The notes below the pieces were generated by a model, which was not told where the DNA came from, did no database searches, and saw nothing but the letters and a program-made list of their open reading frames with translations. From Promethearchaeota archaeon (lineage in GTDB: Archaea; Asgardarchaeota; Lokiarchaeia; Sigyniarchaeales; SOKP01), in assembly GCA_048941265.1 (NCBI GenBank), contig JBHLNT010000030.1, positions 1-33,517 of the forward strand: DNA of 33,517 nucleotides, in the 5' to 3' direction. The number at the start of each line of letters is the position of its first letter. Position 1 is the stretch's first letter. Made by a program: the position numbers and the translations under genes. Positions 28,547 to 33,517 of the stretch are shown here, in pieces.

Positions 28547-28565
28547 ATAATATGAAGGTTTTCAA
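28315..28565 (+). ncRNA. Putative omega-RNA/reRNA scaffold overlapping the tnpB 3' end
   Basis: Locally GC-rich hairpin cluster: AGGG/CCCT; TTCAAGGC(28382-89)/GCCTTGAA(28427-34) enclosing GTAATG/CATTAC; CAGCC/GGCTG; TCTTTCCC-CTTC-GGGAAAGA (28474-28493). Boundaries are approximate. Confidence 0.5.
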
Positions 28566-28670
28566 CTTGAATTTAGTTTATATCTTGCGAAAAATTTTAT
28601 AAATAAATTATTTGAACTCTAATTGGTATAATTATAGTTTAATTCAGAATAAGCACAATAGAGAAGAATT

Positions 28671-29768
28671 ATGTCAGAAAAATTATGGTATAAAGCAGCA
28701 AGAAAATTTGTAAACGCGGGAAGACTTCCTCTACCAATAACTGATAATGTTATTGAAGTATTAAAAACGCTATTAACTGAAGAGCATGCTAAATTTATCG
28801 TAAAATTTAAAAAGAAATCTTATAATAACGAAGAAATTAAGTCCTTAACTGATTTAGATGATAATGCGCTTGATAAAATGCTTAATGACCTTATGTATGC
28901 CGGAGCAATTACAGGAATCCCCAGTAGGACTACTGGCATTATGGTTTATCGATTAGCGCCGCTACTGCCAGGTTTACTTGAGTTTACCCTAATGCGGGGA
29001 GAATACGGAGAAAAAGATAAAAAATTAGCAAATTTACACAAAGGATTTTTTGATGATTTAGTCGAAGGAACTCAAAAAAATTATGACCAACTCATGAAAG
29101 AGTACAATAGAGTTCCCGGAATCGCCAGAGTTATTCCTGTAGAAGAAGAGATTGAACCAAGACAAGAATTAGTACTGCCTTTGGAAGAACTATCTAAAAT
29201 TTTAGATAATTACGATACCATCGGAGTGGCTTCTTGTTATTGTAGGCACCGAAAAGATCTTATTAATGAGCCATGTAAAAAAACAGATGATAGGAAAAAT
29301 TGTTTCTCCTTTGGCAGAACTGCAGAATTTCTAATATCTCAAGGCTTTCAGGAGCGAGTCTCAAAAGAGGAAGCGATGAAAATCTTAAAAAAATGCGAAG
29401 ATGACGGACTTGTTCATAAAGCTTTTCACACTAATCTGGATCCTGAAAAGGAAATAGATGGTATATGCAACTGCTGTCAATGTTGTTGTGGAACTTTTGA
29501 GGCTCATTACGCTGGAGCATTTCCATTAATGGATATTTCAACTTACTTAGCAAGTGTCAACACAGATGACTGTGTGGGGTGTGGCACATGTGTTGAAAAT
29601 TGTAATGCCAATGCTATAGAACTTCAAGATACTGTTGCTGTTATAAACGAAAAAAGATGTGTAGGGTGTGGTATTTGTGCTCATTTATGTCCCGAAAGTG
29701 TGATAACTATGAATAGAACTGAAATGAGAAAAGTATTTGTTCCGCCACCAAAATTAACCAGCATATAA
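28671..29768 (+). CDS. 4Fe-4S dicluster-binding protein with additional Cys clusters
   Basis: CYCRH, ICNCCQCCCG, CVGCGTCVENC, CVGCGICAHLCP. Confidence 0.88.
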   Translation: MSEKLWYKAARKFVNAGRLPLPITDNVIEVLKTLLTEEHAKFIVKFKKKSYNNEEIKSLTDLDDNALDKMLNDLMYAGAITGIPSRTTGIMVYRLAPLLPGLLEFTLMRGEYGEKDKKLANLHKGFFDDLVEGTQKNYDQLMKEYNRVPGIARVIPVEEEIEPRQELVLPLEELSKILDNYDTIGVASCYCRHRKDLINEPCKKTDDRKNCFSFGRTAEFLISQGFQERVSKEEAMKILKKCEDDGLVHKAFHTNLDPEKEIDGICNCCQCCCGTFEAHYAGAFPLMDISTYLASVNTDDCVGCGTCVENCNANAIELQDTVAVINEKRCVGCGICAHLCPESVITMNRTEMRKVFVPPPKLTSI

Positions 29769-29870
29769 AGCATATCTTACGTTTTAATTCAACAACACTT
29801 TTTTTTAAAATTTTTTTTCTGGGTTATAATATAATTCATAAAAATTAAGCAAATGTTTGATTTTATACAA

Positions 29871-30617
29871 TCAATGCGAATTTAAGCTTACTTTTTGTAG
29901 TGCTTTATTAAGGATTTCTGCCATTCGTTCTACTTGTAGAGAAATAATCTTTTTCCCTTCTTCGGGACTAGCAAATTCACGAGGATCTTTACCATCAAGC
30001 CCGAGTGGTTTTTCATTCATGTCTTTTGAAAGATTTTCAATTTTCACTAGTTCTGGTCTTAAACCCATCATAAGAGATGTTTCATTTGCAGCCGCGTGAT
30101 CGATTTGTATTCCCAGCCCATCTGATTCATTATTTCGCCAACACGTAAATAATTCAAGGTCAAACTCTTCCCTCCACTTCTTACTACTCTGATAGAAAGT
30201 CATGGTCGAAGGATCGTGCCCATGTGCTACTACTATCTTAAAACCCGCCCTTTTAAGCTGTTTTAAAATTTCAGCAATAATTTGCTTAAATAAGCTTTTT
30301 TTTACCCAATAAGCGCTCCCTAGAAGTTGTTGAGGATGATGTGAGGGAAAACTTTGAATATCCATCCCATAATATTCTTTTCCGTCAATAGTTTTGGAAT
30401 TGTCAGGTCCTAGAAAGAGCATGGGAAGAACAATACCTCCAACTTTTTGAGCAAGTTCAATAAAAAAACCTGAAGATATCAATCCATCTGCACCCAATGG
30501 CATATGTTTTCCATGCCATTCAAGAGTCCCTAAAGGTAAATACGCAATTGGAGCTTTTGCTAATCGTTCTTTAAACTCTTGAGGTGTTAATTCGATATAT
30601 AATACTTTTTCATTCAA
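29871..30617 (-). CDS. Creatininase/amidohydrolase family protein
   Basis: LPLGTLEWHGKHMPLGAD, VAHGH, DHAAANETS, RPELV. Confidence 0.9.
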   Translation of the reverse strand: MNEKVLYIELTPQEFKERLAKAPIAYLPLGTLEWHGKHMPLGADGLISSGFFIELAQKVGGIVLPMLFLGPDNSKTIDGKEYYGMDIQSFPSHHPQQLLGSAYWVKKSLFKQIIAEILKQLKRAGFKIVVAHGHDPSTMTFYQSSKKWREEFDLELFTCWRNNESDGLGIQIDHAAANETSLMMGLRPELVKIENLSKDMNEKPLGLDGKDPREFASPEEGKKIISLQVERMAEILNKALQKVSLNSH

Positions 30618-30855
30618 ACTGAACTACTTTTTTAGATTTATTAGAAATATTATTTGTATTTCACAAGTAAAAATTAAGGATACGATAAATAGCTTAATTT
30701 TAAATATTTAATCTTTTATTAATTCTTTAACGTTAGTGTCAGAAATGCATTAAATATCTAATAACAAGAAATTGTGGGTAATTAGATAAGGAGTTATGAA
30801 AAACTCTCCTATATTTATTTTCAATAGAGGTGAATAAATTATAACAATTAACGCA

Positions 30856-31299
30856 ATGTATATAATTTATAATGGAATTTGTCTTGTTTCCCGTCAATAT
30901 AATGAGAAATATAATAAAAAAGACCATTTATTATCGGCATTTATATCCGCAATAGATAGTTTTGCTAAAGAATTCTCCCATAAAGAATTAAAGAGATTAG
31001 TATTGGAAGATGATGTTTTTTCTTTTTCTAAAATTAATGATGTCATATTCGTTTTTACCCACGATAATTTGAAAAAATCTAAATTAGAATCGATCTTTAC
31101 TCAGATAAGCAGCAAATTTTTTGAACTTTATAATTCAGATTTTAAAAATTGGAACAGTGATATCTCAATATTTAAACCATTTGAGCAAGAAGCAGATAAA
31201 ATTATTACTTCAAATGGCAAATCCAAACTCATTGAAATGGAAAATTTTCTACAGAATCAGAAAAAAAAGAGATTAGATAGGAAAAAAAAATTAGATTAA
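30856..31299 (+). CDS. Stand-alone longin-like domain protein
   Basis: YIIYNGICLVSRQY...LLSAFISAIDSFAKE...FFELY...FKPFE resembles longin/sigma-adaptin-like folds. Confidence 0.7.
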   Translation: MYIIYNGICLVSRQYNEKYNKKDHLLSAFISAIDSFAKEFSHKELKRLVLEDDVFSFSKINDVIFVFTHDNLKKSKLESIFTQISSKFFELYNSDFKNWNSDISIFKPFEQEADKIITSNGKSKLIEMENFLQNQKKKRLDRKKKLD

Positions 31300-31309
31300 T
31301 TGCTTAAAA

Positions 31310-31795
31310 TCATTTTGGAATCCATTGTGGAACCCATCTTTTATATGCTAACCAATTATCACCAAATAATTCTTCAAGAACTTTTTCTTCGTAATTCACT
31401 ATTTTATTAAATATTAGGATCACAACAATAAAAAAGTCTAAGCTTATACGAGAAATCGATAGGAATAGGAAAGCCATATAAATTAAAAGCACTCTAAGAT
31501 ACATCGGATTTCTTACATGATTAAGAATTCCATTCGTAATAAGGGTATTAGATGGTTGATTATGACTGAAAAGGGCATCATGAGCTAATTCTATAAGGAT
31601 TAAAACTATTCCTAAAGTAATTACACTTAGAATTAAATTTGAGATAAAAGGAACAACCTCATTTAAACCAACAGAAATCCGGAAAATAAACGTATCTAAA
31701 TGTGAGTTTATGATAAAACTTATAGGGAAAACTGCTCGTATTAAATGAGAATCCCTTGTCTCCCTTCTCTTTATTATCTTTTGATGGCATTTCAT
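31310..31795 (-). CDS. Isoprenylcysteine carboxyl methyltransferase/PEMT-family membrane protein, possibly degenerate
   Basis: LITNGILNHVRNPMY, EEKVLEELFG..W..YKRWVPQWIP; some charged residues fall inside predicted TM segments. Confidence 0.7.
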   Translation of the reverse strand: MKCHQKIIKRRETRDSHLIRAVFPISFIINSHLDTFIFRISVGLNEVVPFISNLILSVITLGIVLILIELAHDALFSHNQPSNTLITNGILNHVRNPMYLRVLLIYMAFLFLSISRISLDFFIVVILIFNKIVNYEEKVLEELFGDNWLAYKRWVPQWIPK

Positions 31796-31926
31796 GTTCT
31801 TTAATCTTTATTTTATAAATTTGGACAAATTACGTGTTTTTATTAATTGAATAATAATATGTTCTTTAAATAGGAAGGATCTAACTATCTTGTATAGGAG
31901 TTCTTAATAATTGGTGAAACTTATCC

Positions 31927-32205
31927 TTGTTAGTCCTCAAAAAAAAAAAAGAAAATAAACTATTTAGGAATCATCTAATAAATTATCTTCAGAAATATTG
32001 GAAACAAAATTGTAATCCAAGTCTTAAAGAAATTAAAAACGACCTACATATAAGAAACATTCAACTATTAAAAAAGACATTACGACATTTGAGAACGGAT
32101 AAGATTTTAGATGGAGCATATGATGATAATGGGGTATATAGAATTTATCCTTTCAAATCGCTCAAATCGGAATCAATTCTTTATTCAAACACAACTGAGC
32201 TATAA
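31927..32205 (+). CDS. Small basic winged-helix-like protein
   Basis: PSLKEIKNDLHI...LKKTLRHLRTDKILDG pattern resembles a LexA-type wHTH; start codon uncertain. Confidence 0.5.
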   Translation: MLVLKKKKENKLFRNHLINYLQKYWKQNCNPSLKEIKNDLHIRNIQLLKKTLRHLRTDKILDGAYDDNGVYRIYPFKSLKSESILYSNTTEL

Positions 32206-32242
32206 ACTCAATAATCCCTAAAAAATTTCAAATAGAAAAGTC

Positions 32243-33046
32243 TTAACTCCAACCATTTATTCCTACCTTTTGAGTTTTCACTTTAGTTTTGTTTAGCCTT
32301 TTTATGGCATGTTTCACATAACTCTCATTAAGTTCTATCCCAATACAAAACCTATTTAAAATTCTGCATGCAACATTCGCAGTTCCTGTACCCACAAAAG
32401 GATCACATACTAAATCATATTCATTTGATGATACGGTAATTAAGTGCTTATACAATTCTAATGGTTTCTGGGTTGGATGTAAGGTTGCGTTTTTTCCTTT
32501 TTCTGTTTTCTTTGTCGCGTGTTTTAATCTCTCATTGCCCATACATATCGGAGTCTCTATTAAATTATGCATTTTATTTTGCCCTAAGAAATTAAATGTT
32601 GGCTTCCCTTTTACCATGAATAAGATGCTTTCCGTGGAAGATACAAAACCACTTTTTCTAATTTTAGGTGCTGGATTTGTTTTATGCCAGATGAGAATCC
32701 CTTTATATTTTAAACCGTGGTTTAGACAGATATTCATTAAATCAGTAATATATTGTACAGCAAAAAATATATACAAGGACGAATTTTGCTTCATTTTATC
32801 AATAATAGTCGTAATCCACTTTTTTGTAAATTTTAAGTAATCCTTATAAGAAGTGAACTGATCAAATTCAACTCCTTGCTTAATATCAGTACGATGTGTA
32901 AACTTTAAATCCTCTTTATTCATTACATTGAAAGGAGGATCGGTTATGACGAGGTCAATAATTTCATTAGGCAATTCTGATAAAATTTTTATGCAATCAC
33001 CTTGGATTACAGTGTTAATTTTATAATTTTCGACACTCATTATCAA
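32243..33046 (-). CDS. DNA methyltransferase, beta-class amino-MTase (N6-A/N4-C)
   Basis: Motif IV TDPPFN precedes HPTQKP and motif I DPFVGTGT; GIELN. Confidence 0.92.
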   Translation of the reverse strand: MIMSVENYKINTVIQGDCIKILSELPNEIIDLVITDPPFNVMNKEDLKFTHRTDIKQGVEFDQFTSYKDYLKFTKKWITTIIDKMKQNSSLYIFFAVQYITDLMNICLNHGLKYKGILIWHKTNPAPKIRKSGFVSSTESILFMVKGKPTFNFLGQNKMHNLIETPICMGNERLKHATKKTEKGKNATLHPTQKPLELYKHLITVSSNEYDLVCDPFVGTGTANVACRILNRFCIGIELNESYVKHAIKRLNKTKVKTQKVGINGWS

Positions 33047-33181
33047 TAAGGATTAATTTTTCTCATAATATATACTTGAATTTAATTTTTAAAAAATTAT
33101 ATAATACATTTGATATATTTAAAGCTTAAGGATTCATTAATATATAATAAAAATTGAAATTTTAAAAGAGATGTGTAAAAA

Positions 33182-33517
33182 ATGGAATTATTACGTACGC
33201 CAGATGATAGGTTTGAGAATCTTCCCGATTTTCCATACGAACCTCATTACTTAGAGGTTGATGGAATTAGAATTCACTATGTAGATGAGGGTTCGGAAGA
33301 TGCTGAAGTAATTTTACTCATGCATGGTGAACCATCATGGTCATTTCTCTACAGGCATATGATCCCTATTTTGTTAAAAGCAGGATTTAGGACGGTGGCG
33401 CCAGATTTGGTAGGTTTCGGACGATCTGATAAACCTACTGAGCAGAACGATCATACATATGCCAAGCATGTAGATTGGATGAATAAATGGCTTAAATTGG
33501 TGAATTTAAAGAGAATT
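33182..33517 (+). CDS. Haloalkane dehalogenase (DhlA/HLD-I-like alpha/beta hydrolase), 3'-truncated by window edge
   Basis: Manual translation: [23 protein letters not shown]...[18 protein letters not shown]...[13 protein letters not shown]. Confidence 0.88.
   Translation, partial: MELLRTPDDRFENLPDFPYEPHYLEVDGIRIHYVDEGSEDAEVILLMHGEPSWSFLYRHMIPILLKAGFRTVAPDLVGFGRSDKPTEQNDHTYAKHVDWMNKWLKLVNLKRI

Larger units (their letters stand above)
26836..28572 (+). mobile_element. Non-autonomous tnpB-only IS200/IS605/IS607-like element bounded by 14-bp direct repeats
   Basis: TTTTCAACTTGAAT at 26836-26849 and 28559-28572 encloses only the tnpB-like gene; no intact transposase is present. Confidence 0.6.

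Noticed and set aside
26786-28670. CRISPR array or Cas12f system around the TnpB-like gene
   Set aside because: Only two 14-bp and two 12-bp repeats are present. There is no regularly spaced repeat-spacer array and no cas1/2/4.
31310-31795. ICMT-like gene as evidence of GTPase prenylation
   Set aside because: The family is widespread in prokaryotes, the GTPases here lack C-terminal CaaX cysteines, and the gene is 20 kb away.
437-32840. Antisense or overlapping short ORFs in the track (e.g. 437-679, 989-1210, 2232-2426, 7505-7807, 14076-14411, 18723-20504, 26479-26808, 29857-30099, 32535-32840)
   Set aside because: They are shadows of well-supported genes on the opposite strand or frame and show no recognisable motifs.
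24428-33046. Restriction-modification system or defence island from the two MTases
   Set aside because: No recognisable endonuclease or specificity subunit; the intervening genes are housekeeping or metabolic.
21407-33517. Organohalide-metabolism cluster (RdhA-like fragment plus haloalkane dehalogenase)
   Set aside because: The genes are 11 kb apart, the first appears truncated, and both families have non-halogen roles.

Overview
A very AT-rich archaeal chromosomal segment, most likely from an Asgard archaeon of the Lokiarchaeia/Promethearchaeia type. This assignment is inferred from an archaeal histone, Rag/Arf-like small GTPases, several longin/roadblock-like proteins, coiled-coil plus Zn-ribbon paralogs and a tungsten AOR-family enzyme. 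Housekeeping and metabolic genes are an HtpX fragment, MaoC, GH57 glucanotransferase, Pcm, U32, Isf flavoprotein, SDR, ferredoxin-AOR, alpha/beta hydrolases and a creatininase-family protein. The most notable items are: (1) a single-pass surface protein with a cytoplasmic longin-like domain followed by a tandem duplication of [Rag-like GTPase + stand-alone longin/roadblock-like gene]; (2) a 1223-aa TPR + ~4 Lrp/AsnC RAM-like domains + Cys4 + nitrilase fusion with an intact E-K-C triad; (3) a solo Zn-finger-less TnpB-like gene behind the histone gene, flanked by a perfect 14-bp direct repeat, with an omega-RNA-like hairpin cluster in its 3' end; (4) two tandem, apparently paralogous ~50-aa basic micro-ORFs, each preceded by a perfect palindrome; (5) an internally duplicated orphan DNA methyltransferase. 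No rRNA, tRNA or CRISPR array was recognised. All domain calls come from motif recognition by eye, not database searches.
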